Of a DNA stretch of 64,000 bases, positions 37,966 through 51,640 are shown one piece after another. The position numbers and the translations under genes were made by a program. The stretch spans positions 43,772,001 to 43,836,000 of the forward strand of contig CM060731.1 of assembly GCA_030704615.1 (NCBI GenBank). Direction: 5' to 3'. Position 1 is the first letter of the stretch. The number at the start of each line of letters is the position of its first letter. The notes beneath the pieces are model-generated. The model made no database searches, was not told the origin of the DNA, and saw only the letters and a list, made by a program, of their open reading frames with translations. Source of the DNA: Takakia lepidozioides (lineage: Eukaryota; Plantae; Bryophyta).

Positions 37966-39426
37966 GGACATCTACCAACACGATCCAGGCAAGACACTCC
38001 CACTGCAAATCCTGACTGATAAATCCACACATCAAGTCTGCATTTGGAATTAGCACAACTAAGAGTATTTTCAGTACTTTCCTGAACATGCTAGATCAAT
38101 TGTTCCCTTTTTATGTTCATATCCTCACAAGCATAAGCACATCACTTTGGTGTTTGTAATTAGGTTTTTCTCATGGGATTGCACCAAATCACCAATGCCA
38201 AATGGCCAAAGCCCTTACCACCTATGAAGCAAGACAAGAGAATGCAGGTGTAGTGGAATGACCCAAAATTTGGCGAAATCATCTTTGCTGAACCTCCCAA
38301 ATCGAACTGGGGCTTTTTGATCTCTGCTCTGGCATATCAACACCCACAGTGTGTTGTCTACATTATGGATCCAAACCCAAATATGCACCTAATACACATG
38401 GAGATGGAGCTTAGGGTTAATGTGTGTAGGAGTAGCACTCACCACGGGTGATATGTATTGTTGTGGTGCAGGACGTTTGGCAGGCGGCCTTGGAGGCATT
38501 TCAACGGGTCTCTTCCCTTTCCCATCATGGAGGGGATTAGTGTTACCAGTGCATTCGTCGTCTGGAGGGCAGGTGCTGTCGTCGGTGTCTGAGTCGCCTG
38601 TAGTGTAGCGTTGATCGTCGGGTTCTTCCTCTGCGGCCATGCTCCGTGGTGGATGCTATAGTACGAACCTAGATGACCGCCTTGGCTCACCTTCAACCAC
38701 TGGTTTGCGTGGGGCCCGCTTTTGCACTGCCTTTGAGGGCAACGCTCTCTGCAGCCTGCATACTATTTAGCATGTTAGGACTCAAGCTAGCTGGTAAACC
38801 TCAAGATGACAAAAGAATGTGAAGTCAATTGAATTTCTTGGGTTCTTGGATTCTTGGATTCTTGGGTTCTTGGATTTTTGGTGCAACGAATGCAATAAAA
38901 AGTTCCCGCGCAAAAAATCCCCCCTATGTAGCACTCTTCTTCCACAGAAGAAACTCTCATACATGAGTGCGGGCCCTCATTCTCACCTGCTCGGCAGACT
39001 CTCTGTCATTCTACCCTTCCGTAAAGGAGGTACTTCCCTCAATGACGACGTGAAGGAGAGTGAAGGGTTGAGAAGGGAGTGTGTAGGAAATAAACCCTCT
39101 TTGACATCTCTGTCTCTAATCTGTCTCTACATAGACTTGCGAGGGCCCTTCTGTCACTCCCACTTACTCAGCTTTCCTAGCTTACTTCTGTTGCCAATGT
39201 GGTTACTCAGAATCCCTAGCTTACTCTGCTGCCAATGTGGCTAGTCCCAGTTCTTTGAACTTTGCTTTCACCTCCGCTACATTGGCTGCCCTTTCCACCT
39301 CGTAAGCCGTGAGAATTGAGCGACTTCCATTGGCCATTCGGTGACGACAGTGTGCAGGTGTGCGCGAGACAACTTACGCGCCCAAAACCAATATTGCCAC
39401 TATTCCTCGCCTACAGCTGCCAGTCA

Positions 39427-42400
39427 TGTACAGGCAACCACGTTTTTCAGATAGAATGTTAGCAGAAGCAAGACTTAGAAGGAGAGATGCGCACTTGTGG
39501 CAGAAGGAGGATGCCCTTGCCAGACGATAGGGATGGAAAAAACTACGGTGTTGCTGCTGCGTGTGCCACGGAGGGAAGCCGCTACTGAGAGCTATTGTCA
39601 AGTCTCACATGCTAAACTATGGCAGGGACCCGTACTTGCGCCAGACTCGCACTATGCAGGTACGGCGCACCATGACTAAAACTAACATTCGCATGACCGT
39701 TTTGAGTCATGTCGATTTCCCTTATAATGACGATCGATCATGCACTGGTTTTTAAAAATAAAACATGGAATTGCAAATACTATTTTATATGTACTGAAGT
39801 ATAGGAAACATTGACGATAACATTGGTTTAATTGACAGGATGAAGGGGAGCAATTTTCTGATGAGTCCTCAGATGGGGACTACTCTACGGCCTCCCTGGC
39901 TGGGGCAAAATCCATCGACAATGACATTGAGCTGGACGCATCAGACGACAACGTGGGATTGGATATTGCCAGAGCACTACAAGAGGCCTTAGAAAGAGGA
40001 GAATTCAATCAGCAGAATGAAACAAACAATGTGAATGGAGAGCAACCATTTCAATTTGACATGAGTGAAGGCGATTCTGATGAGAACGACATGAGTGAAG
40101 ACGATTTTGATGAGAATGACATGGGTTCAGATCTAGATCCAAGACAGATAGATGGAGCATTTGTGGATCCCCAACATAAAAAACTGATGGAAGAATCAAA
40201 AATCAAATTATACAGTGGCAGTAAGCACAGTCGTCTTTCTGCAACGTTGATGATCTTGAACGCATGCGCAACACACGGTTGCTCCAACTCATTTGTTGAT
40301 GAGCTCTTGTCTCTGCTGAAGAACTCCATTTTACCTCATGGGAACACCCTACCAGTCTCGCATTATGAGGCCAAGAAATTGATTTCCCGATTGGGATTGG
40401 CGTACTCGACCATCCACGCTTGTGAGAAAGGTTGTGTACTGTTTAGAGGGGCACTTTAGGATTCACTTACCTGTCCTAAATGTAACAGCTCCAGGTATTT
40501 GGTGGGTCGTGGCAACGTTCCAAAGAAGGTGTTACGTCATTCCCCCCTCATACCGCGATTACAAAGGGTGTACAGATGCAAGAGTATTGCCGAGCTACTG
40601 ACATGGCATCATAAGAACACCAGTACTGATGGTCTGGTTTGGCATCCCGCAGACTCAAAGGCCTAGAGTCACATTGACAGTATGTGGCCAGACTTTGCAG
40701 CTGAACCTCGCAATGTACGCCTAGGCCTTGCTTTGGATGGTGTGAATCCATTCGGCCAACGATCGACAACATGGTCAACATGGCTAGTTCTATTGTTTAA
40801 TTACAATTTACCGCCATGGTTGACAACAAAAAAATTCTTCACCATGATGGCATTGTTGATACCAGGCAAAGAATCAGTAACAAGTGCAAATATAGATGTG
40901 TACATGACGCCATTGGTGGACGAGCTGCAAATTTTGTGGAGCACACGTGTAATGGCACACGATGTGTCTAGGCCCCGATTTCAGAGAGATTTTGAGCTAT
41001 GGGCTATGTTGATGTGGAGCATTCACGACTTCCCTGCGTATGGGTTGTTGGCTGGCCAGGTGACAAAAGGGTACGCAAGATGTCCCAAATGCGGCCCAAA
41101 TGTGGACTCGTGTTATTTGCATCATAGCCAAAAATATATATTTGCAGGTCACCGCAGGTACCTTCCCTGCAACCATGCATACAGAAGGTCAAAAAGCTTC
41201 AATGGCTTCACGGAACAGAGGTCAACTCCCCCCACTGTGACAGCAGCTGATATCGAAAGGTTTGCCATACAGTATGCAGAATGGGTTGCTGTAGGCAATG
41301 GGAGAGCCAGAGGCCGAACATCCACAGTACCAGATCCTTCCAAAGCTAATGGGGTGAAACGACAGACGTGTCTATTCGACCTACCTTACTGGAAGGTAAA
41401 CATTCGGCTTTCAAGATCAACATGCATTTGCCTGTCATTCAAGCCCTGGTCCTTTACTGATGATTTGATCTCTTCAGGAATTGCCGCATTTGTCTAATGG
41501 CTGTACACATTTTGCATCTATGTGTAGGATCTCCTCATTCAACACACACTGGACCCTATGCATTGCGAGAAAAACCTCTGTGAAAACATAGTGAAGACTA
41601 TCATTGGAGAAAAAGACACTTTGAAATCTAGGAGGGATTTGGAATGAGATGGGATCCGGCAAGACTTGTGGGTGCGACCCCATGGAACCAGAGCAAATAC
41701 GGTGTTAATGCCAGCAGCCCCTTACGTCTTGAGTGCAGAGGAGCATAAATCATTTTTGAAGACTCTGTCATCGTTGAAGGTGCCCACCGGGTCATCTGCA
41801 TACAAAAAACACGTGGAGGATGGAAAGTTGACGTATTTGAAGAGTCATGATTATCACACACTAATGCAACAAATCCTTTCGTTGTGTCTACGTGGTTTGA
41901 TGGAACCTGGTCCACGACGCGCCATAATGCGAGTGTCAAGAGTTTTCAGGAAACTTTGTTGCAAGGTTGTAGATCCTGCAGATATGCACTCTCTACGTGA
42001 AGAGGTTGTCATCACGTTGTGTCTCCTAGAAAAAGAGTTTCCACCTTCGTTCTTTGATGTCATGACTCACCTACTGGTACACTTGGTTGATGAGTTGGCT
42101 ATCTGTGGACTTGTAAACACGAGGTGGATGTATCCGGTGGAGAGGGCAATGAAATACCTCAAGGGATATGTTCGTAATAAAGCAAAACCTAAAGGCTCCA
42201 TGGCAGAAGGGTATGTGTTGGATGAGGCACTAGGGTTTTGTACCGAGTCCATGGCAGATTTCCCCACAACCAGGAGGCGAATTTGGGATGCCGATGAGGA
42301 CGAGGGAGTGGAGGGAGTGGTTGGGGAGGTCCTCGAAGGCACTGGCAAAACTCACAAATTGGATGTGGATTTGCGCAGTCTAATTCACGATTATGTCATT

Positions 42401-43456
42401 AACAACCACACGAGCATAGCTCCTTGGATTGAGTGAGTATTGTTCCTTAGCACTTTCTGGCAAGTTTGCATGTGTATGAATTTCATTTCATGGTGGACAG
42501 TGACAGTTAATTTACAAAATTTGTGCTCTCGATTGCAGGAAGTATGAAAAAGCCCAAGCAGATGTGGAATCAGGTCGGTCTGCTTTTTGGGGAGAGGTAC
42601 TTGGCAACGTGGAGCCTGGTCACAACGCTGAGAACACAAAATATCCTGCGCATTTGCAATTACTGCCTCATTTTCAATCTTGGTTGGCTCAGGCTGTACA
42701 AGATGATGTGGCTGCAGGAATGAGGGATGATGAGGCGCTCTTGGAGGAAGTGATTGATCTGTCAAGACCCCCGTCTGTGAATGCAGTGTCATTCAAGGGA
42801 CTGAGTGCGTATGGGAACCACTACAGGGCCAGCATAGTCCGATCTAACCACTTGGTCACATATGACAGTGGGGTGAGTTCTATGTTTGAACATGAGGACT
42901 GTCAAGTGCGCTATGTGGGCATTGTGAAGGAAATATTACAAGATATGGCAAAACTAAAGTTGTCATCTTCATTTGTCGGCGGGTTTGTGCAAAAACTGTG
43001 GGGAGGAATGCCTCCATGAAGAAGGATGAGTTTGGGATTACCCTGGTTAATTTCAAACACATGTTACCGGCTAATGATCAACCCTGCTTGTTTCCATCAC
43101 AAGCTGAATAGGTTTTTTTTTCAGATTGTGTGCAAGAAAAAGGATGGAAGGTTGTGTTGGAGAAGAATCCACGATCGCTGAGAGTGGTGCATGATGTGTC
43201 AACATCACTATCAGACAATACAGATAGCGACATGTCAGCTCCCATTCGGCTCATTGATGATGTTCGAATTGGTGGACAACCATGTACTTGCCCTGTCCTT
43301 GTAGTAGAGGTCACTGAAAAAGCCATGGAAGCTCTGTTCAAGACCCCCATTGGGAATACAAAGGTGCCTGCACAAGAAAATGATGAAGCAAACTGTGAGG
43401 AACGTTCAACTTCAAGCAGTGAGGAGGAAGACAATCTACCTGATATAGACTTGTAG
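39427..43456 (+). pseudogene. CACTA Tnp2/TnpD transposase, degenerate (transposase-associated, Tnp2, DUF4218 and DUF4216-type regions)
   Basis: CCCVC...HMLNYGRD; IHACEKGCVLFRG; WPDFAAEPRNVRLGLALDGVNPF; NYNLPPW; FPPSFFDVMTHLLVHL; WMYPVER..LKGYVRN..GSMAEGY. Stops (for example 40457-40459) and frameshifts. Confidence 0.93.
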
Positions 43457-44977
43457 TTAGTTGGCGCCCTTGACGGTTGTGGTCTCCAAGCTCTCTCAGC
43501 TTTGCTTCATAGATGTTTCTCTGCATGCAAATGAATCCTTATGTGAAGGTAAGTCCCTGTTGGCATAAGCTCGTGTTTGTTTGTCGTCTTGGTATTTGGA
43601 GCCGCCAATTTGATTGGGGATATTTTACCTTCTGGCAGATAGTGGCCTGTCATACTGGGGGGAAAACTGAGCAGCAGCTGCTGGACTGAACAACACTTGA
43701 AACTGTACTTTTGACTCGGACCTATCTGGTTGGCCATTCAGTGACTTGCAGATATTATCCTTCTGTGCAATCTCGTTTCCCCATTTGCTATTGCTCTGTG
43801 GTTTTGCGATTAAAAATTCAATTAGGAGAATGGTTGCCAATTATTCCTCACACATGGTTATTCTCAGTGTTCAATGCTCCGTGATCTGGTCGGACTACTG
43901 ACAATCATATTCTATCAGCAGTGTTTGTGCCATCTATATTTCGAGTTCATTTATTTTGTTCAATATACATGTACACAGTCCTGATACACTAGCAACAATA
44001 GAATTTGTTTTTCCTCCTCGACTTGGAGTGGCGTAGCTCGCTACACTCCTGCTTTTCAGCGTTTTGAGCGTGCGTAGAGAATGAATACATATGTAATGGA
44101 ATTCAACCGACATTAATTAATACCTTGTGAGAGAAATCAGAATGAAGATGGCAGACTTGCACTATGCTTGGAAAAACTCCACCAAGGAGAAAAATAAAGA
44201 CTCTGGACTATGCGTTGAGTAACTGGCCAGCCAAAAAAGCCTTACCATGAGACTCAGATTGAAGAAGCAAAGTGGTCAGCCTCCCTCTATAAGTGGCGTT
44301 TCCTCAGTAGCATAGACTCTGACGATTGGGCTTCTCAATAGGATAGGCGGCATCAAACAACGATAAATAGACGAGCTCTCCTGAGCCGTGAAATTTCCGC
44401 GATTGATCTAACGACTCATAGTGCAGATCAATTGGGGCAGTCGATGACATTGATCATCGACGGCTTAAAAAACCATTGTAATCTAATTATGTAAGCTAAC
44501 GCTCTTTCTTCCGCCTGCTCTAAATTCCACATTCCTTGGCAGCAGATTATGCCATGTGACGGACATCGCTTCAATCATCCAATGTGTTTTTGTTTTTCCG
44601 TATTTATACTAAATAATATCTATCATTAATTGGGACACCAAATAAGAGTCATGCATACGACTACACCGCGACATTATCCATAGTCAACAACATTTGACCA
44701 CGCTCCAAAATCTCTAGAGTCAGCTTCGTTACCCTTTAAAGGCATACGTGTGACTTATGATCACTACTCTTCTTTGGTCAAACCACGTTGACATGAATTC
44801 CAAACTTTACGGAGTCGTTTAGTCATATACCCGACCTTTTTTAGGCATATCCATGACTTCTTCGTGCCTGCCCCACTTTGAGTCATGGTTTGAGTCATGA
44901 AAACCATGACTCTCCAAAAAAAAAAAGTAAAAAAAACCATGATTTGGCGTAGTGGTGGTGTATTCGGGTGTTAGTGT

Positions 44978-45444
44978 TGTGAAGCCTTAAAAGAAACAGA
45001 ACGAATATCTGCCTATCCTCTAAAGTGCTCTTCAAAACAATGGGGGGAAAACAAGAGAAGCGTGCATGCACACGAGAGGAGGATCTCAACGAGCGAACTG
45101 ACAGAAAATCATACACATATATCGCAATCAGACAGCTTTCCACATCTACATACACCATAGTACATCAGCTGCCTGACGCAAGGTCAGGCCGCCACTTTAT
45201 ACAAACCCTAGTTGCATGCCTTCCTGACGCGTGGCGAGGCGTGTCAGACTGAGCCCGCGGCGCCACATCAAAACCCTAGATCTATTGAACGGCCATGATG
45301 CAGCCACCAGCCATAACTAACCCTGGCTATTATATCTTTGTAACGGTTCAACGGTATTTAAGCCAAAAATTTATACTACGAATGAGTATCGCCGCTTTGG
45401 ATGAATAAGGTAAATCTGTGATGAGGAAAGTTTGGGGCATCACA
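44978..45444 (-). repeat. 3' LTR including a 10-bp extra terminus
   Basis: 44988-45444 aligns with 53505-53956. 44978-44987 is extra (AGGCTTCACA on the minus strand). Confidence 0.9.
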
Positions 45445-45465
45445 TCTGTGAAGCCTACCCCCCAC
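45445..45465 (-). other. Short G-tract (putative PPT) plus an internal copy of the terminal 10-mer
   Basis: Minus strand reads GTGGGGGG-T-AGGCTTCACA-GA-TGTGATG (LTR start). Confidence 0.7.
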
Positions 45466-45767
45466 GAAAAATCTTGAGCTCCGCGAAGTACAATATAAGA
45501 AATAAGAAATAAATGTGCGGGATAAAATCACCCTCCACTGCTTGGTGAAAAACCTACCAAAGAAAAACCTGGCACCTGCAAATTGGGCCGAGGACAAAAC
45601 CTTTGCTAGGAAAACCGTGCAGGGAGTACACGTGGTGACATATCATAGGTCTACAAATGCATCAAGAGCTAGAATAAAAGGCTAGAAAGGCCGAAAAGCC
45701 ACAAAGTGTCAAATCCGCAAGTTAACACTAATCCGCCGAAGAAGCCAATCTGAACAAGATCAAGACA

Positions 45768-48700
45768 TCATCCCACTGTATGCCCCTCCACATTGATGCA
45801 CGTAAGATCAAAGACCAGCTCGGAATGTACCAAATCCGTGAGAGAAACAAGTTCATCATGCGCGTGGACATTGAAGCCATGTGGAAGAAGGAGAGCACGT
45901 CGCCCACGTAAAAGCTCATAGATCAAGTATGGACCGTCGATCTTAAGCTTAGATTTGCATGCATGCGTACCATGCTGCAGCCGAATGCACACGGTCTGTC
46001 CCACTTGAAAAAGGTTAGAATACTTGACACGCTTGTTAAAATTACGAGCTTGGGTGAGCTGAGCCTTACCAATGTTCGTCTTGGCATCATAGATGGACAC
46101 CGCATGCCGAGCATGAAGATCCTCAACAAAGGTCTCAAGATCAACTGGCTCAGCTATAGTAGAAATAAGAGGGGTAGAATGCAAAGGAGAAACACACTTG
46201 CGACCATACAACAACTCAAAATGAGTCTTCTTAGTGCTAGCATGCACGGCGGTACGATAAAAAGAGAAATAGGGGGAAGAGGTATCCCACTCCCTGGTAA
46301 GTGCGCCATTCTTCTCTAACATGCGGCAAAGAGTTTGGTTGAAGCGTTCCGTAAGGCCATTGGTCTGGGGATGGTATGGGGTTGTGGTGGAATGCTTGAC
46401 ACCAAAGTTGAAGCACACCACCGTGAGGATCTGGTTACAAAACTCCTTGCCCTGATCCGTTAGTATCTCCCGAGGACACCCATGCCGCATAAGGATCTCA
46501 TTGAAGAAAGAACTGAGCTACAACATCACTAGTCTTGGTACGCAAAGGCCTGACTTCTATCCACTTAGTCAAGTAGTCGGTAGCTACACAAAGATAGCTT
46601 CGACCCTGTGATGTGAGTGCGAGGGGTCCTACCAAATCAATGCCAACACGAGCAAAAGCATGTGTAACAGGCAAAGGCTGCAGCTCATACAAGATCCGGG
46701 CCCTAGGGAGAGCAATGTTAGCACGACAACCTTCACACTTAGAGATGAACTCCGTGACATCCCCGTGAATTCCCAGCCAATAGTAAACCTCTTGGATGCA
46801 GGCCACGGTATTCTTGATACCAAGGTGACCTGCATACAAGGAACAATGAAAACGCTCCAATAAAGCATTCAGCTGGCTCCGTGGTGGCACCTCCAAATCA
46901 TGGCACTCCCCCTTTAGTGAGCTCCTTGAAAAGCTTATCACCCATGAAGCGTGAGTAGACACATGATAAAGAATTTGCTTGCACAAGGACTCAGAAAGGC
47001 CAGCTGGCGAACGCCCTGATTGGCATCGCTGGAGTAGCGTAACATGTAGCTGATCATCCATGACTGCACTGCACATAAGAGGTAGACAATGGGCTTTAGA
47101 GAAGGTGGTATGGAGTGCCTACACCTATGATCTCCAGCCAGGGATACCTTCACCTCATTTGTTACTACTCATGGACAGCCAAATTAGGCCTTGAAGTTCA
47201 AGCCAATAGTCACATCGGAGTGCAGCAGCCGAATCACAACAAACTCGGGGCCAAGGAAAGAGAAGAGTTGGAACAAAACGTGGAACTTCCACCAAACCAT
47301 CCGAATTCTCCCTAAGCGATAAATCCACCACACATGCTAACACATGAATAAATCAACCAGGATCATCAAGAAGGCCAGACTAGCCCCAAGCAGCCAATAT
47401 GCCATCCGAATCCAAGGTCAATGGATGCTGATCTGCACAAAGGAGGTTGAGAAGCGGAGCTGGATCAGGAGGAGGGGCTGCATCAGCAGCAGCAAGGTCA
47501 TCCAAGGTGAGCATAGGCCTGCTGACAGGAGGATCAACCCGCGTGAGTGCATCAGCATTTGTGTTTTCCCTTTCATTTCTTATAGACGATATCCATGTTA
47601 AATTCTTGTAGGAACATAGCCCATCTAGCAAGTCTGCCATGAAGTTCCCTGGGCTTTACAAGAGCCTTGAGTGGAAGGTGATCAGTCTCCACCATAAACC
47701 GGCTGCCATGTAAATATTGCCTAAAAGGCTTCACACCGAAGACCGGGGCAAGACCTTCCTTATCAGATATGGAATAATTCCTTTCATGACGATCTAGGCG
47801 GCGAGATGCATAAGCTATCACATGCTCCTTACCTTCTACAACTTGACATAAGATTGCAGAAATAGCAACATCGGATGCATCAGTCTGAAGCAGAAAAGGT
47901 AATTCAAAGTTGGGAAACATCAGGATGGGAGCTAAACATAAGGCCTTGTGAAGAGTGTCAAAGGCTGCTTGCTGGGAGAAGCTCCATTCAAACCTGACAT
48001 CCTTGCACAATACCTTGGTTAGAGGGTGAGCAAGTTCTTTATGAAGCACATGTAATAGGAGGCCAGACCAAGGAAGGATTTGATGCAGTGTTTGTCCCTG
48101 GGAATAGGAAAGCCCCAAACAGACTCAAGCTTAGCAGGTTAAGGAAGCAAATCATCCTTGGAGAGAATATGCTCAAGAAAGTGTAACTCGGGCATAAACA
48201 GCTCACACTTTTTGGGTTTTACCTTGAGTCCTGCAGTTCGTAATTGCTGAAAACACGCTGCAGATCAGTCAAGTGTGCATCAAAGTTGGCTGAGTATACA
48301 TTGATATCATCAACATAAATCAAGGCACATTCCCAGCGAAGATTACCTAAGACAATGTCCATGAGGCGTTGGAAAGTAGATGTAGCATTGCATAAGCCAA
48401 AGGGCATGGTTTCGTATTGGTACTTGCCCATGCAACACACAAATGAAGTCTTTTCCTTGGCTGCTTCAGTGAGTGGTACTTGCCAAAAATCAGATGCAAG
48501 ATCAAGAGAGCTTAAAATGGTAGCATCATGCAATTGATCTAAGGTTTCATTGATCATGGGTAGAGGGTAGGCATCATTCTTACTGATGTCATTCAATTTC
48601 CTGAAGTCAACACAAAAGCGAGTAGTGCCATCTTTCTTACCAGCCAGGACAATGGATTGGCCCAAGGAGAGATTGATGGCTTAATCACACCAACATCTAG

Positions 48701-51640
48701 CATCTTGTGGACTTCTTCCTGGACGATGGCACGTTCCTTAATACTTTCTCGGTACGCAAATTGTTTAATAGGAGGTCCCTCAGTAACAATGTCATGTTGA
48801 AGGATGGGAGTACGCCCCAGATCAGTAGATCCCAAGCTGAAAACATCGAGATTTTTTACAACAAGCAGTTCTACTCTTTTCTTTTGGCCAGGGGAGAGGG
48901 TACTCCCTAATGTAAGTTCAGACAATACTTTGGTAAGAGCCTTCTTACCTTCAGGACTGAGATCAGGGATAGGTGGTGGTGCTAGAGCAACAAAGGCAGC
49001 AACAACATCCACAGGGCCGTGTTGAATGCCAATGGCCTCCAGCCCAAAGCCAACTTGCACTTCTTGTATTTCAGCAATGGGCAGTGCAGTGATACGAGCC
49101 AGGACCTGCCCTTTCTTAATAGTCATAGGAAAGCGCTCTGGATTAGCAATTAACACTTTGACCTCCTGCCTATATCCTCTATCTATAACACCAGTAGCCA
49201 CCAAGCAATGCTTGAGAGCAGTGAGTCTTTGCCAACCTTCTACTTCCAGGAAATGAGCAGTTGGGCATAAAAAGGCCAGACCAGATTTGATCACTTTCTG
49301 GGTCATAGCAGGGATGGTGACGTTCATGGGTGCACGGATCAGAGTAGAATTTTTTGGGATAGCTATAGGCACCCCTGTTCTACCATCAGCACTAGGAACA
49401 TGCCATTGATATAAGAGTTGCAGATCAGGCTGAAATTTGTAAAAATCATTCCAATTGAGGCTGGAGTGAGAGTTCTGTTGTACCTCTTTCACCATTGTCT
49501 GAACTCTGGAAAGATTGGCTGTGGCAGATCCAGCTCTAAGTTTCACAGCCTTCAATGGAACAACAACCTCATGGCCCTCTCCATTGTTAAATCGGAGGGA
49601 GTAATCGGCCAGACTGATGGTTGCACCAGCTCCAGTCATCCAATCAAGGCCTAGCAAGAATTGATTGCCTATAGTGACTATACATGTAACCACGACCTCT
49701 TTCTTGTGAATCCTGATAGGCACAGTGACCAGACCTAGAGGCTCATATCTGGACCCATCCGCAATTCAACACCAGAGGCAGGGCATAACTTAAGACCAAG
49801 AACTCTCACAATATTTAGAGGCACAGCAGATATGGTGCAGCCGGTGTCGATTACACAAGGGAAACTTAACTCAGATATGGCATTGGGCCATAAGAGGGCT
49901 GATCTGCTGTCCTGAGGTCTGCCTGCTGAGAGGACTATGCAAAGCTTTGAAATTAGTAGACAACACAGCCTGCAAAGGAATGAGAGAGGAAGGGTTGGTG
50001 ACTGGTGGACCTCTTGCCCCCTTCCCAAGAGGTCTGTCTAGTTTAAAGGAGGGTTGGGACCACCAGTGGCAGCCTTTTTGTTTTTAAGCAGCTTTGGTAA
50101 GTCTGCTCTATGAGGGCAATGCTTGGTCCAATGTTCAAAAGACCCACAAATGTAACATGCGGCTCGGATGCCTTCATAGGCCTGCCCAGTTTGGGTACGA
50201 CCTCTGTTGTTACCACCTGTCTGTGCCTGTGGCTGTCTAGGCTGCCACTGTTGCTGATGAGCTTGCATGGCAGCGAATTGAGTGGCAACTCACTCACTTA
50301 AACTACCCACTGTGTTGGCCAGCCCTTGAAGAGTGACATTATCTGACTTGCATTGCATAGCAGGTGGGACATAAGGTGAAGATGTTGCAGCCATGCCAAG
50401 CTCGGAGCCCACTGGAGCTTGAAACTTGGCATGAGTTTGCATTGATTTGCTGTCAGCTAAGTCTGAAATCTTAAGATTAATTTCAGCTAGCATAGTTTTG
50501 TCATTGACAAAATGACGACGTTGGGCCCAATTTTGAATAACATGGGGCAAGCCAAGGAGAAAGTAAGTCTTCACCATACGATCACATTCTGCTAGATCAA
50601 TGATATTTTCTGTAGCAGCAAATTTTAGATCCATGTAATACTTCCACAAGGACTCTCCTGGCTGGTAAGTCCTGGAGCTCAATTTGGTGAAGCAGTCTAA
50701 GGGTCTTTCAGGAGGTTTGAACAGGGTTTTAGCCCATTCCACAAGGGATGCCCAAGTGAGATGGGGGTCATCCATGACAACTGCATGCAACAAGTCACGG
50801 GGCTGGTCCCTTCATGCTCATTCTAAAAATTGCCATTTTAAAATTCTCAGGCACACCATTCACATTAGCAATCACTTCAAACATCTGGAGATATCTATCA
50901 AAGTCTTCTCCCATTGTGTATTCTGGATAGGGCTGGGTAGTGAGCTGAGGAAGCAAATGACAGGGCAGACTATGATTCATGTGACCAGGCTAAGCAGATC
51001 CATGGGCCGGGCAGCAATGAGCCATAGCCTGAGTCTGATTAGTGGTTGTATTCATAGTATGGACCCCACTATTAACCGGGACATAGTTGTTACTCATGAC
51101 ATTGGAGGGACCTTGATATGACAAAGATGGCAGGCTAGGCGGAAATGTTGTCACGCCCACCGGGGGTGCATGAAACACAGGCCTTGACTAAACAGCTTGA
51201 CTGATCATGGCTGCTTGGTTTGGAGCCACTCCACTCATGGTGGGAATGGGTGGTCTTCCCAATTGCTGGGCTGACTGACCGCCTACACTAGAGCTAGAAC
51301 AAGCAGTATTCATGCCAACAGACAATCCAGAAGTCACAGACACACCAATTCCTCCCCCAAGAGCGGGATTAGGAACATGCATCATAGAAACAGGCAAACC
51401 AACAGCAGTTCCTATGTTAACACGAGCGCTTGGTGGGGCTGGCATACCGCTCACATTAGCCCTTCCCACTGGGACTTGCACATTTGCATTGCATACACCA
51501 CTAGCAATCGGGTCTAAAGAAGGGGAAGGGATGGCATGCCTGGAAATACCACCCAAAGAACTGGCTCCTGTAACTTGAGACAGGCCAGGCAACATGGCCA
51601 TATGTCGAGTAGAGGCTAACTGATCAGCAGTTGCGGACAT
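45768..51640 (-). pseudogene. Gypsy gag-pol, frameshifted
   Basis: Zn knuckle CYICGSFEHWTKHC; protease IDTG; dUTPase-like GVIDRGYRQE; RT FCVDFRKLN, MPFGLCNA, YVDD; RNase H LQTDAS, TDH; integrase HHCC, GIDLVGP, TDQGKEF, YHPQTNGLTER. Confidence 0.93.

Noticed and set aside
38597-38605. CCTGTAGTG as the right CACTA TIR
   Set aside because: Only a 9-bp match, with no subterminal repeats, and the flank TAG does not match the left flank CAT.
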